A stretch of DNA of 64,000 nucleotides from Auanema rhodensis (Eukaryota > Animalia > Nematoda): the NCBI GenBank assembly GCA_964057225.1, contig CAXKVF010000077.1, forward strand, positions 1-64,000, written 5' to 3'. Shown one piece after another: positions 1 through 14,900 of this stretch. How positions within the stretch are numbered: the stretch's first letter is position 1; each line of letters starts with the position of its first letter. A program made the position numbers and the translations under genes. Under the pieces are notes generated by a model. It was not told the origin of the DNA, made no database searches, and worked only from the letters and a program-made list of their open reading frames with translations.

Positions 1-352
1 GTGTACATTTAATTAGCATAAATTAAAGTTCACGTAAATTTCAAAGTCATGGTTACCATGAACCAATATCAATAAAAATTTGTTTTTAGACTAATATGGA
101 CATGGGGAATCTAATTTTGAAAACCGCATCTCTTTATCTTTCACGTGAAGCGAGTCACATACCAAGTGCACATCACGTGTACATTTAATTAGCATAAATT
201 AAAGTTCACGTAAATTTCAAAGTCATGGTTACCATGAACCAATATCAATAAAAATTTGTTTTTAGACTAATATGGACATGGGGAATCTAATTTTGAAAAC
301 CGCATCTCTTTATCTTTCACGTGAAGCGAGTTACATACCAAGTGCACATCAC

Positions 353-3300
353 GTGTACATTTAATTAGCATAAATTAAAGTTCACGTAAATTTCAAAGTC
401 ATGGTTACCATGAACCAATATCAATAAAAATTTGTTTTTAGACTAATATGGACATGGGGAATCTAATTTTGAAAACCGCATCTCTTTATCTTTCACGTGA
501 AGCGAGTTACATACCAAGTGCACATCACGTGTACATTTAATTAGCATAAATTAAAGTTCACGTAAAATTCAAAGTCATGGTTACCATGCACCAATATCAA
601 TAAAAATTTGTTTTTAGACTAATATGGACATGGGGAATCTAATTTTGAAAACCGCATCTCTTTATCTTTCACGTGAAGCGAGTTACATACCAAGTGCACA
701 TCACGTGTACATTTAATTAGCATAAATTAAAGTTCACGTAAACTTCAAAGTCATGGTTACCATGAAGCAATATCAATAAAAATTTGTTTTTAGACTAATA
801 TGGACATGGGGAATCTAATTTTGAAAACCGCATCTCTTTATCTTTCACGTGAAGCGAGTTACATACCAAGTGCACATCACGTGTACATTTAATTAGCATA
901 AATTAAAGTTCACGTAAATTTCAAAGTCATGGTTACCATGAACCAATATCAATAAAAATTTGTTTTTAGACTAATATGGACATGGGGAATCTAATTTTGA
1001 AAACCGCATCTCTTTATCTTTCACGTGAAGCGAGTTACATACCAAGTGCACATCACGTGTACATTTAATTAGCATAAATTAAAGTTCACGTAAATTTCAA
1101 AGTCATGGTTACTATGAAGCAATATCAATAAAAATTTGTTTTTAGACTAATATGGACATGGGGAATCTAATTTTGAAAACCGCATCTCTTTATCTTTCAC
1201 GTGAAGCGAGTTACATACCAAGTGCACATCACGTGTACATTTAATTAGCATAAATTAAAGTTCACGTAAATTTCAAAGTCATGGTTACCATGAACCAATA
1301 TCAATAAAAATTTGTTTTTAGACTAATATGGACATGGGGAATCTAATTTTGAAAACCGCATCTCTTTATCTTTCACGTGAAGCGAGTTACATACCAAGTG
1401 CACATCACGTGTACATTTAATTAGCATAAATTAAAGTTCACGTAAAATTCAAAGTCATGGTTACCATGAAGCAATATCAATAAAAATTTGTTTTTAGACT
1501 AATATGGACATGGGGAATCTAATTTTGAAAACCGCATCTCTTTATCTTTCACGTGAAGCGAGTTACATACCAAGTGCACATCACGTGTACATTTAATTAG
1601 CATAAATTAAAGTTCACGTAAATTTCAAAGTCATGGTTACCATGAACCAATATCAATAAAAATTTGTTTTTAGACTAATATGGACATGGGGAATCTAATT
1701 TTGAAAACCGCATCTCTTTATCTTTCACGTGAAGCGAGTTACATACCAAGTGCACATCACGTGTACATTTAATTAGCATAAATTAAAGTTCACGTAAATT
1801 TCAAAGTCATGGTTACCATGAAGCAATATCAATAAAAATTTGTTTTTAGACTAATATGGACATGGGGAATCTAATTTTGAAAACCGCATCTCTTTATCTT
1901 TCACGTGAAGCGAGTTACATACCAAGTGCACATCACGTGTACATTTAATTAGCATAAATTAAAGTTCACGTAAATTTCAAAGTCATGGTTACCATGCACC
2001 AATATCAATAAAAATTTGTTTTTAGACTAATATGGACATGGGGAATCTAATTTTGAAAACCGCATCTCTTTATCTTTCACGTGAAGCGAGTTACATACCA
2101 AGTGCACATCACGTGTACATTTAATTAGCATAAATTAAAGTTCACGTAAATTTCAAAGTCATGGTTACCATGAACCAATATCAATAAAAATTTGTTTTTA
2201 GACTAATATGGACATGGGGAATCTAATTTTGAAAACCGCATCTCTTTATCTTTCACGTGAAGCGAGTTACATACCAAGTGCACATCACGTGTACATTTAA
2301 TTAGCATAAATTAAAGTTCACGTAAAATTCAAAGTCATGGTTACCATGCACCAATATCAATAAAAATTTGTTTTTAGACTAATATGGACATGGGGAATCT
2401 AATTTTGAAAACCGCATCTCTTTATCTTTCACGTGAAGCGAGTTACATACCAAGTGCACATCACGTGTACATTTAATTAGCATAAATTAAAGTTCACGTA
2501 AACTTCAAAGTCATGGTTACCATGAAGCAATATCAATAAAAATTTGTTTTTAGACTAATATGGACATGGGGAATCTAATTTTGAAAACCGCATCTCTTTA
2601 TCTTTCACGTGAAGCGAGTTACATACCAAGTGCACATCACGTGTACATTTAATTAGCATAAATTAAAGTTCACGTAAATTTCAAAGTCATGGTTACCATG
2701 AACCAATATCAATAAAAATTTGTTTTTAGACTAATATGGACATGGGGAATCTAATTTTGAAAACCGCATCTCTTTATCTTTCACGTGAAGCGAGTTACAT
2801 ACCAAGTGCACATCACGTGTACATTTAATTAGCATAAATTAAAGTTCACGTAAATTTCAAAGTCATGGTTACTATGAAGCAATATCAATAAAAATTTGTT
2901 TTTAGACTAATATGGACATGGGGAATCTAATTTTGAAAACCGCATCTCTTTATCTTTCACGTGAAGCGAGTTACATACCAAGTGCACATCACGTGTACAT
3001 TTAATTAGCATAAATTAAAGTTCACGTAAATTTCAAAGTCATGGTTACCATGAACCAATATCAATAAAAATTTGTTTTTAGACTAATATGGACATGGGGA
3101 ATCTAATTTTGAAAACCGCATCTCTTTATCTTTCACGTGAAGCGAGTTACATACCAAGTGCACATCACGTGTACATTTAATTAGCATAAATTAAAGTTCA
3201 CGTAAAATTCAAAGTCATGGTTACCATGAAGCAATATCAATAAAAATTTGTTTTTAGACTAATATGGACATGGGGAATCTAATTTTGAAAACCGCATCTC

Positions 3301-3872
3301 TTTATCTTTCACGTGAAGCGAGTTACATACCAAGTGCACATCACGTGTACATTTAATTAGCATAAATTAAAGTTCACGTAAATTTCAAAGTCATGGTTAC
3401 CATGAACCAATATCAATAAAAATTTGTTTTTAGACTAATATGGACATGGGGAATCTAATTTTGAAAACCGCATCTCTTTATCTTTCACGTGAAGCGAGTT
3501 ACATACCAAGTGCACATCACGTGTACATTTAATTAGCATAAATTAAAGTTCACGTAAATTTCAAAGTCATGGTTACCATGAAGCAATATCAATAAAAATT
3601 TGTTTTTAGACTAATATGGACATGGGGAATCTAATTTTGAAAACCGCATCTCTTTATCTTTCACGTGAAGCGAGTTACATACCAAGTGCACATCACGTGT
3701 ACATTTAATTAGCATAAATTAAAGTTCACGTAAATTTCAAAGTCATGGTTACCATGCACCAATATCAATAAAAATTTGTTTTCAGACTAATATGGACATG
3801 GGGAATCTAATTTTGAAAACCGCATCTCTTTATCTTTCACGTGAAGCGAGTTACATACCAAGTGCACATCAC
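353..3872 (+). repeat. 10-mer (1760 bp) tandem duplication / local HOR, 2 copies
   Basis: AAAATTC (~565/2325), AACTTC (741/2501), ACTATG (1111/2871) and AAAATTC+AAG (~1445/3205) all recur at +1760. Confidence 0.9.
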
Positions 3873-6800
3873 GTGTACATTTAATTAGCATAAATTAAAG
3901 TTCACGTAAATTTCAAAGTCATGGTTACCATGCACCAATATCAATAAAAATTTGTTTTTAGACTAATATGGACATGGGGAATCTAATTTTGAAAACCGCA
4001 TCTCTTTATCTTTCACGTGAAGCGAGTTACATACCAAGTGCACATCACGTGTACATTTAATTAGCATAAATTAAAGTTCACGTAAATTTCAAAGTCATGG
4101 TTACCATGAAGCAATATCAATAAAAATTTGTTTTTAGACTAATATGGACATGGGGAATCTAATTTTGAAAACCGCATCTCTTTATCTTTCACGTGAAGCG
4201 AGTTACATACCAAGTGCACATCACGTGTACATTTAATTAGCATAAATTAAAGTTCACGTAAATTTCAAAGTCATGGTTACCATGCACCAATATCAATAAA
4301 AATTTGTTTTTAGACTAATATGGACATGGGGAATCTAATTTTGAAAACCGCATCTCTTTATCTTTCACGTGAAGCGAGTTACATACCAAGTGCACATCAC
4401 GTGTACATTTAATTAGCATAAATTAAAGTTCACGTAAAATTCAAAGTCATGGTTACCATGCACCAATATCAATAAAAATTTGTTTTTAGACTAATATGGA
4501 CATGGGGAATCTAATTTTGAAAACCGCATCTCTTTATCTTTCACGTGAAGCGAGTTACATACCAAGTGCACATCACGTGTACATTTAATTAGCATAAATT
4601 AAAGTTCACGTAAATTTCAAAGTCATGGTTACCATGAAGCAATATCAATAAAAATTTGTTTTTAGACTAATATGGACATGGGGAATCTAATTTTGAAAAC
4701 CGCATCTCTTTATCTTTCACGTGAAGCGAGTTACATACCAAGTGCACATCACGTGTACATTTAATTAGCATAAATTAAAGTTCACGTAAATTTCAAAGTC
4801 ATGGTTACCATGAAGCAATATCAATAAAAATTTGTTTTTAGACTAATATGGACATGGGGAATCTAATTTTGAAAACCGCATCTCTTTATCTTTCACGTGA
4901 AGCGAGTTACATACCAAGTGCACATCACGTGTACATTTAATTAGCATAAATTAAAGTTCACGTAAATTTCAAAGTCATGGTTACCATGAACCAATATCAA
5001 TAAAAATTTGTTTTTAGACTAATATGGACATGGGGAATCTAATTTTGAAAACCGCATCTCTTTATCTTTCACGTGAAGCGAGTTACATACCAAGTGCACA
5101 TCACGTGTACATTTAATTAGCATAAATTAAAGTTCACGTAAATTTCAAAGTCATGGTTACCATGAAGCAATATCAATAAAAATTTGTTTTTAGACTAATA
5201 TGGACATGGGGAATCTAATTTTGAAAACCGCATCTCTTTATCTTTCACGTGAAGCGAGTTACATACCAAGTGCACATCACGTGTACATTTAATTAGCATA
5301 AATTAAAGTTCACGTAAATTTCAAAGTCATGGTTACCATGCACCAATATCAATAAAAATTTGTTTTTAGACTAATATGGACATGGGGAATCTAATTTTGA
5401 AAACCGCATCTCTTTATCTTTCACGTGAAGCGAGTTACATACCAAGTGCACATCACGTGTACATTTAATTAGCATAAATTAAAGTTCACGTAAATTTCAA
5501 AGTCATGGTTACCATGCACCAATATCAATAAAAATTTGTTTTTAGACTAATATGGACATGGGGAATCTAATTTTGAAAACCGCATCTCTTTATCTTTCAC
5601 GTGAAGCGAGTTACATACCAAGTGCACATCACGTGTACATTTAATTAGCATAAATTAAAGTTCACGTAAATTTCAAAGTCATGGTTACCATGAAGCAATA
5701 TCAATAAAAATTTGTTTTTAGACTAATATGGACATGGGGAATCTAATTTTGAAAACCGCATCTCTTTATCTTTCACGTGAAGCGAGTTACATACCAAGTG
5801 CACATCACGTGTACATTTAATTAGCATAAATTAAAGTTCACGTAAATTTCAAAGTCATGGTTACCATGCACCAATATCAATAAAAATTTGTTTTTAGACT
5901 AATATGGACATGGGGAATCTAATTTTGAAAACCGCATCTCTTTATCTTTCACGTGAAGCGAGTTACATACCAAGTGCACATCACGTGTACATTTAATTAG
6001 CATAAATTAAAGTTCACGTAAAATTCAAAGTCATGGTTACCATGCACCAATATCAATAAAAATTTGTTTTTAGACTAATATGGACATGGGGAATCTAATT
6101 TTGAAAACCGCATCTCTTTATCTTTCACGTGAAGCGAGTTACATACCAAGTGCACATCACGTGTACATTTAATTAGCATAAATTAAAGTTCACGTAAATT
6201 TCAAAGTCATGGTTACCATGAAGCAATATCAATAAAAATTTGTTTTTAGACTAATATGGACATGGGGAATCTAATTTTGAAAACCGCATCTCTTTATCTT
6301 TCACGTGAAGCGAGTTACATACCAAGTGCACATCACGTGTACATTTAATTAGCATAAATTAAAGTTCACGTAAATTTCAAAGTCATGGTTACCATGCACC
6401 AATATCAATAAAAATTTGTTTTTAGACTAATATGGACATGGGGAATCTAATTTTGAAAACCGCATCTCTTTATCTTTCACGTGAAGCGAGTTACATACCA
6501 AGTGCACATCACGTGTACATTTAATTAGCATAAATTAAAGTTCACGTAAATTTCAAAGTCATGGTTACCATGCACCAATATCAATAAAAATTTGTTTTTA
6601 GACTAATATGGACATGGGGAATCTAATTTTGAAAACCGCATCTCTTTATCTTTCACGTGAAGCGAGTTACATACCAAGTGCACATCACGTGTACATTTAA
6701 TTAGCATAAATTAAAGTTCACGTAAATTTCAAAGTCATGGTTACCATGAAGCAATATCAATAAAAATTTGTTTTTAGACTAATATGGACATGGGGAATCT

Positions 6801-9800
6801 AATTTTGAAAACCGCATCTCTTTATCTTTCACGTGAAGCGAGTTACATACCAAGTGCACATCACGTGTACATTTAATTAGCATAAATTAAAGTTCACGTA
6901 AATTTCAAAGTCATGGTTACCATGAACCAATATCAATAAAAATTTGTTTTTAGACTAATATGGACATGGGGAATCTAATTTTGAAAACCGCATCTCTTTA
7001 TCTTTCACGTGAAGCGAGTTACATAGCAAGTGCACATCACGTGTACATTTAATTAGCATAAATTAAAGTTCACGTAAAATTCAAAGTCATGGTTACCATG
7101 CACCAATATCAATAAAAATTTGTTTTTAGACTAATATGGACATGGGGAATCTAATTTTGAAAACCGCATCTCTTTATCTTTCACGTGAAGCGAGTTACAT
7201 ACCAAGTGCACATCACGTGTACATTTAATTAGCATAAATTAAAGTTCACGTAAATTTCAAAGTCATGGTTACCATGAAGCAATATCAATAAAAATTTGTT
7301 TTTAGACTAATATGGACATGGGGAATCTAATTTTGAAAACCGCATCTCTTTATCTTTCACGTGAAGCGAGTTACATACCAAGTGCACATCACGTGTACAT
7401 TTAATTAGCATAAATTAAAGTTCACGTAAATTTCAAAGTCATGGTTACCATGAACCAATATCAATAAAAATTTGTTTTTAGACTAATATGGACATGGGGA
7501 ATCTAATTTTGAAAACCGCATCTCTTTATCTTTCACGTGAAGCGAGTTACATACCAAGTGCACATCACGTGTACATTTAATTAGCATAAATTAAAGTTCA
7601 CGTAAATTTCAAAGTCATGGTTACCATGAAGCAATATCAATAAAAATTTGTTTTTAGACTAATATGGACATGGGGAATCTAATTTTGAAAACCGCATCTC
7701 TTTATCTTTCACGTGAAGCGAGTTACATACCAAGTGCACATCACGTGTACATTTAATTATCATGAATTAAAGTTCACGTAAATTTCAAAGTCATGGTTAC
7801 CATGCACCAATATCAATAAAAATTTGTTTTTAGACTAATATGGACATGGGGAATCTAATTTTGAAAACCGCATCTCTTTATCTTTCACGTGAAGCGAGTT
7901 ACATACCAAGTGCACATCACGTGTACATTTAATTAGCATAAATTAAAGTTCACGTAAATTTCAAAGTCATGGTTACCATGAACCAATATCAATAAAAATT
8001 TGTTTTTAGACTAATATGGACATGGGGAATCTAATTTTGAAAATCGCATCTCTTTATCTTTCACGTGAAGCGAGTTACATACCAAGTGCACATCACGTGT
8101 ACATTTAATTAGCATAAATTAAAGTTCACGTAAAATTCAAAGTCATGGTTACCATGCACCAATATCAATAAAAATTTGTTTTTAGACTAATATGGACATG
8201 GGGAATCTAATTTTGAAAACCGCATCTCTTTATCTTTCACGTGAAGCGAGTTACATACCAAGTGCTCATCACGTGTACATTTAATTAGCATAAATTAAAG
8301 TTCACGTAAACTTCAAAGTCATGGTTACCATGAAGCAATATCAATAAAAATTTGTTTTTAGACTAATATGGACATGGGGAATCTAATTTTGAAAACCGCA
8401 TCTCTTTATCTTTCACGTGAAGCGAGTTACATACCAAGTGCACATCACGTGTACATTTAATTAGCATAAATTAAAGTTCACGTAAATTTCAAAGTCATGG
8501 TTACCATGAACCAATATCAATAAAAGTTTGTTTTTAGACTAATATGGACATGGGGAATCTAATTTTGAAAACCGCATCTCTTTATCTTTCACGTGAAGCG
8601 AGTTACATACCAAGTGCACATCACGTGTACATTTAATTAGCATAAATTAAAGTTCACGTAAATTTCAAAGTCATGGTTACCATGAAGCAATATCAATAAA
8701 AATTTGTTTTTAGACTAATATGGACATGGGAAATCTAATTTTGAAAACCGCATCTCTTTATCTTTCACGTGAAGCGAGTTACATACCAAGTGCACATCAC
8801 GTGTACATTTAATTATCATGAATTAAAGTTCACGTAAATTTCAAAGTCATGGTTACCATGCACCAATATCAATAAAAATTTGTTTTTAGACTAATATGGA
8901 CATGGGGAATCTAATTTTGAAAACCGCATCTCTTTATCTTTCACGTGAAGCGAGTTACATACCAAGTGCACATCACGTGTACATTTAATTAGCATAAATT
9001 AAAGTTCACGTAAATTTCAAAGTCATGGTTACCATGAACCAATATCAATAAAAATTTGTTTTTAGACTAATATGGACATGGGGAATCTAATTTTGAAAAC
9101 CTCATCTCTTTATCTTTCACGTGAAGCGAGTTACATACCAAGTGCACATCACGTGTACATTTAATTAGCATAAATTAAAGTTCACGTAAACTTCAAAGTC
9201 ATGGTTACCATGAAGCAATATCAATAAAAATTTGTTTTTAGACTAATATGGACATGGGGAATCTAATTTTGAAAACCGCATCTCTTTATCTTTCACGTGA
9301 AGCGAGTTACATACCAAGTGCACATCACGTGTACATTTAATTAGCATAAATTAAAGTTCACGTAAATTTCAAAGTCATGGTTACCATGAAGCAATATCAA
9401 TAAAAATTTGTTTTTAGACTAATATGGACATGGGGAATCTAATTTTGAAAACCGCATCTCTTTATCTTTCACGTGAAGCGAGTTACATACCAAGTGCACA
9501 TCACGTGTACATTTAATTAGCATAAATTAAAGTTCACGTAAATTTCAAAGTCATGGTTACCATGAACCAATATCAATAAAAATTTGTTTTTAGACTAATA
9601 TGGACATGGGGAATCTAATTTTGAAAACCGCATCTCTTTATCTTTCACGTGAAGCGAGTTACATACCAAGTGCACATCACGTGTACATTTAATTAGCATA
9701 AATTAAAGTTCACGTAAATTTCAAAGTCATGGTTACCATGCACCAATATCAATAAAAATTTGTTTTTAGACTAATATGGACATGGGGAATCTAATTTTGA

Positions 9801-11968
9801 AAACCGCATCTCTTTATCTTTCACGTGAAGCGAGTTACATACCAAGTGCACATCACGTGTACATTTAATTAGCATAAATTAAAGTTCACGTAAATTTCAA
9901 AGTCATGGTTACCATGAAGCAATATCAATAAAAATTTGTTTTTAGACTAATATGGACATGGGGAATCTAATTTTGAAAACCGCATCTCTTTATCTTTCAC
10001 GTGAAGCGAGTTACATACCAAGTGCACATCACGTGTACATTTAATTAGCATAAATTAAAGTTCACGTAAATTTCAAAGTCATGGTTACCATGCACCAATA
10101 TCAATAAAAATTTGTTTTTAGACTAATATGGACATGGGGAATCTAATTTTGAAAACCGCATCTCTTTATCTTTCACGTGAAGCGAGTTACATACCAAGTG
10201 CACATCACGTGTACATTTAATTAGCATAAATTAAAGTTCACGTAAATTTCAAAGTCATGGTTACCATGAAGCAATATCAATAAAAATTTGTTTTTAGACT
10301 AATATGGACATGGGGAATCTAATTTTGAAAACCGCATATCTTTATCTTTCACGTGAAGCGAGTTACATACCAAGTGCACATCACGTGTACATTTAATTAG
10401 CATGAATTAAAGTTCACGTAAATTTCAAAGTCATGGTTACCATGAACCAATATCAATAAAAATTTGTTTTTAGACTAATATGGACATGGGGAATCTAATT
10501 TTGAAAACCGCATCTCTTTATCTTTCACGTGAAGCGAGTTACATACCAAGTGCACATCACGTGTACATTTAATTAGCATAAATTAAAGTTCACGTAAATT
10601 TCAAACTCATGGTTACCATGAACCAATATCAATAAAAATTTGTTTTTAGACTAATATGGACATGGGGAATCTAATTTTGAAAACCGCATCTCTTTATCTT
10701 TCACGTGAAGCGAGTTACATACCAAGTGCACATCACGTGTACATTTAATTAGCATAAATTAAAGTTCACGTAAATTTCAAAGTCATGGTTACCATGAACC
10801 AATATCAATAAAAATTTGTTTTTAGACTAATATGGACATGGGGAATCTAATTTTGGAAACCGCATCTCTTTATCTTTCACGTGAAGCGAGTTACATACCA
10901 AGTGCACATCACGTGTACATTTAATTAGCATAAATTAAAGTTCACGTAAATTTCAAAGTCATGGTTACCATGAAGCAATATCAATAAAAATTTGTTTTTA
11001 GACTAATATGGACATGGGGAATCTAATTTTGAAAACCGCATCTCTTTATCTTTCACGTGAAGCGAGTTACATACCAAGTGCACATCACGTGTACATTTAA
11101 TTATCATGAATTAAAGTTCACGTAAATTTCAAAGTCATGGTTACCATGCACCAATATCAATAAAAATTTGTTTTTAGACTAATATGGACATGGGGAATCT
11201 AATTTTGAGAACCGCATCTCTTTATCTTTCACGTGAAGCGAGTTACATACCAAGTGCACATCACGTGTACATTTAATTAGCATAAATTAAAGTTCACGTA
11301 AATTTCAAAGTCATGGTTACCATGAAGCAATATCAATAAAAATTTGTTTTTAGACTAATATGGACATGAGGAATCTAATTTTGAAAACCGCATCTCTTTA
11401 TCTTTCACGTGAAGCGAGTTACATACCAAGTGCACATCACGTGTACATTTAATTAGCATAAATTAAAGTTCACGTAAATTTCAAAGTCATGGTTACCATG
11501 AACCAATATCAATAAAAATTTGTTTTTAGACTAATATGGACATGGGGAATCTAATTTTGAAAACCGCATCTCTTTATCTTTCACGTGAAGCGAGTTACAT
11601 ACCAAGTGCACATCACGTGTACATTTAATTAGCATAAATTAAAGTTCACGTAAATTTCAAAGTCATGGTTACCATGAAGCAATATCAATAAAAATTTGTT
11701 TTTAGACTAATATGGACATGGGGAATCTAATTTTGAAAACCGCATCTCTTTATCTTTCACGTGAAGCGAGTTACATACCAAGTGCACATCACGTGTACAT
11801 TTAATTAGCATGAATTAAAGTTCACGTAAATTTCAAAGTCATGGTTACCATGCACCAATATCAATAAAAATTTGTTTTTAGACTAATATGGACATGGGGA
11901 ATCTAATTTTGAAAACCGCATCTCTTTATCTTTCACGTGAAGCGAGTTACATACCAAGTGCACATCAC

Positions 11969-14900
11969 GTGTACATTTAATTAGCATAAATTAAAGTTCA
12001 CGTAAATTTCAAAGTCATGGTTACCATGCACCAATATCAATAAAAATTTGTTTTTAGACTAATATGGACATGGGGAATCTAATTTTGAAAACGGCATCTC
12101 TTTATCTTTCACGTGAAGCGAGTTACATACCAAGTGCACATCACGTGTACATTTAATTAGCATAAATTAAAGTTCACGTAAATTTCAAAGTCATGGTTAC
12201 CATGCACCAATATCAATAAAAATTTGTTTTTAGACTAATATGGACATGGGGAATCTAATTTTGAGAACCGCATCTCTTTATCTTTCACGTGAAGCGAGTT
12301 ACATACCAAGTGCACATCACGTGTACATTTAATTAGCATAAATTAAAGTTCACGTAAATTTCAAAGTCATGGTTACCATGTACCAATATCAATAAAAATT
12401 TGTTTTTAGACTAATATGGACATGGGGAATCTAATTTTGAAAACCGCATCTCTTTATCTTTCACGTGAAGCGAGTTACATACCAAGTGCACATCACGTGT
12501 ACATTTAATTAGCATAAATTAAAGTTCACGTAAATTTCAAAGTCATGGTTACCATGCACCAATATCAATAAAAATTTGTTTTTAGACTAATATGGACATG
12601 GGGAATCTAATTTTGAAAACCGCATCTCTTTATCTTTCACGTGAAGCGAGTTACATACCAAGTGCACATCACGTGTACATTTAATTAGCATAAATTTAAG
12701 TTCACGTAAATTTCAAAGTCATGGTTACCATGCACCAATATCAATAAAAATTTGTTTTTAGACTAATATGGACATGGGTAATCTAATTTTGAAAACCGCA
12801 TCTCTTTATCTTTCACGTGAAGCGAGTTACATACCAAGTGCACATCACGTGTACATTTAATTAGCATAAATTAAAGTTCACGTAAATTTCAAAGTCATGG
12901 TTACCATGCGCCAATATCAATAAAAATTTGTTTTTAGACTAATATGGACATGGGGAATCTAATTTTGAAAACCGCATCTCTTTATCTTTCACGTGAAGAG
13001 AGTTACATACCAAGTGCACATCACGTGTACATTTAATTAGCATAAATTAAAGTTCACGTAAATTTCAAAGTCATGGTTACCATGAACCAATATCAATAAA
13101 AATTTGTTTTTAGACTAATATGGACATGGGGAATCTAATTTTGAAAACCGCATCTCTTTATCTTTCACGTGAAGCGAGTTACATACCAAGTGCACATCAC
13201 GTGTACATTTAATTAGCATAAATTAAAGTTCACGTAAATTTCAAAGTCATGGTTACCATGCACCAATATCAATAAAAATTTGTTTTTAGACTAATATGGA
13301 CATGGGGAATCTAATTTTGAGAACCGCATCTCTTTATCTTTCACGTGAAGAGAGTTACATACCAAGTGCACATCACGTGTACATTTAATTAGCATAAATT
13401 AAAGTTCACATAAATTTCAAAGTCATGGTTACCATGAACCAATATCAATAAAAATTTGTTTTTAGACTAATATGGACATGGGGAATCTAATTTTGAAAAC
13501 CGCATCTCTTTATCTTTCACGTGAAGCGAGTTACATACCAAGTGCACATCACGTGTACATTTAATTAGCATAAATTAAAGTTCACGTAAATTTCAAAGTC
13601 ATGGTTACCATGAACCAATATCAATAAAAATTTGTTTTTAGACTAATATGGACATGGGGAATCTAATTTTGAAAACCGCATCTCTTTATCTTTCACGTGA
13701 AGCGAGTTACATACCAAGTGCACATCACGTGTACATTTAATTAGCATAAATTAAAGTTCACGTAAATTTCAAAGTCATGGTTACCATGAACCAATATCAA
13801 TAAAAATTTGTTTTTAGACTAATATGGACATGGGGAATCTAATTTTGAAAACCGCATCTCTTTATCTTTCACGTGAAACGAGTTACATACCAAGTGCACA
13901 TCACGTGTACATTTAAATAGCATAAATTAAAGTTCACGTAAATTTCAAAGTCATGGTTACCATGCACCAATATCAATAAAAATTTGTTTTTAGACTAATA
14001 TGGACATGGGGAATCTAATTTTGAAAACCGCATCTCTTTATCTTTCACGTGAAGCGAGTTACATACCAAGTGCACATCACGTGTACATTTAATTAGCATA
14101 AATTAAAGTTCACGTAAATTTCAAAGTCATGGTTACCATGCACCAATATCAATAAAAATTTGTTTTTAGACTAATATGGACATGGGGAATCTAATTTTGA
14201 AAACCGCATCTCTTTATCTTTCACGTGAAGCGAGTTACATACCAAGTGCACATCACGTGTACATTTAATTAGCATAAATTAAAGTTCACGTAAATTTCAA
14301 AGTCATGGTTACCATGCACCAATATCAATAAAAATTTGTTTTTAGACTAATATGGACATGGGGAATCTAATTTTGAAAACCGCATCTCTTTATCTTTCAC
14401 GTGAAGCGAGTTACATACCAAGTGCACATCACGTGTACATTTAATTAGCATAAATTTAAGTTCACGTAAATTTCAAAGTCATGGTTACCATGCACCAATA
14501 TCAATAAAAATTTGTTTTTAGACTAATATGGACATGGGGGATCTAATTTTGAAAACCGCATCTCTTTATCTTTCACGTGAAGCGAGTTACATACCAAGTG
14601 CACATCACGTGTACATTTAATTAGCATAAATTAAAGTTCACGTAAATTTCAAAGTCATGGTTACCATGAACCAATATCAATAAAAATTTGTTTTTAGACT
14701 AATATGGACATGGGTAATCTAATTTTGAAAACCGCATCTCTTTATCTTTCACGTGAAGCGAGTTACATACCAAGTGCACATCACGTGTACATTTAATTAG
14801 CATAAATTAAAGTTCACGTAAATTTCAAAGTCATGGTTACCATGCGCCAATATCAATAAAAATTTGTTTTTAGACTAATATGGACATGGGGAATCTAATT

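Noticed and set aside
71-76. AATAAA polyadenylation signal in each monomer
   Set aside because: Expected by chance in AT-rich DNA, and it lies ~85 bp from the inferred tract end at position 160, too far for canonical cleavage.
1-176. Assignment to known ~171-178 bp satellites (primate alpha, Arabidopsis CEN178, Brassica CentBr, honeybee AluI)
   Set aside because: I recognise no similarity, and the consensus has no AAGCTT or AGCT site and no canonical CENP-B box. A BLAST/Dfam/Repbase search is needed.
1-176. 5S rRNA, tRNA, snRNA or spliced-leader tandem gene unit
   Set aside because: 68% AT, with no 5S or tRNA sequence, cloverleaf or Pol III boxes recognised.
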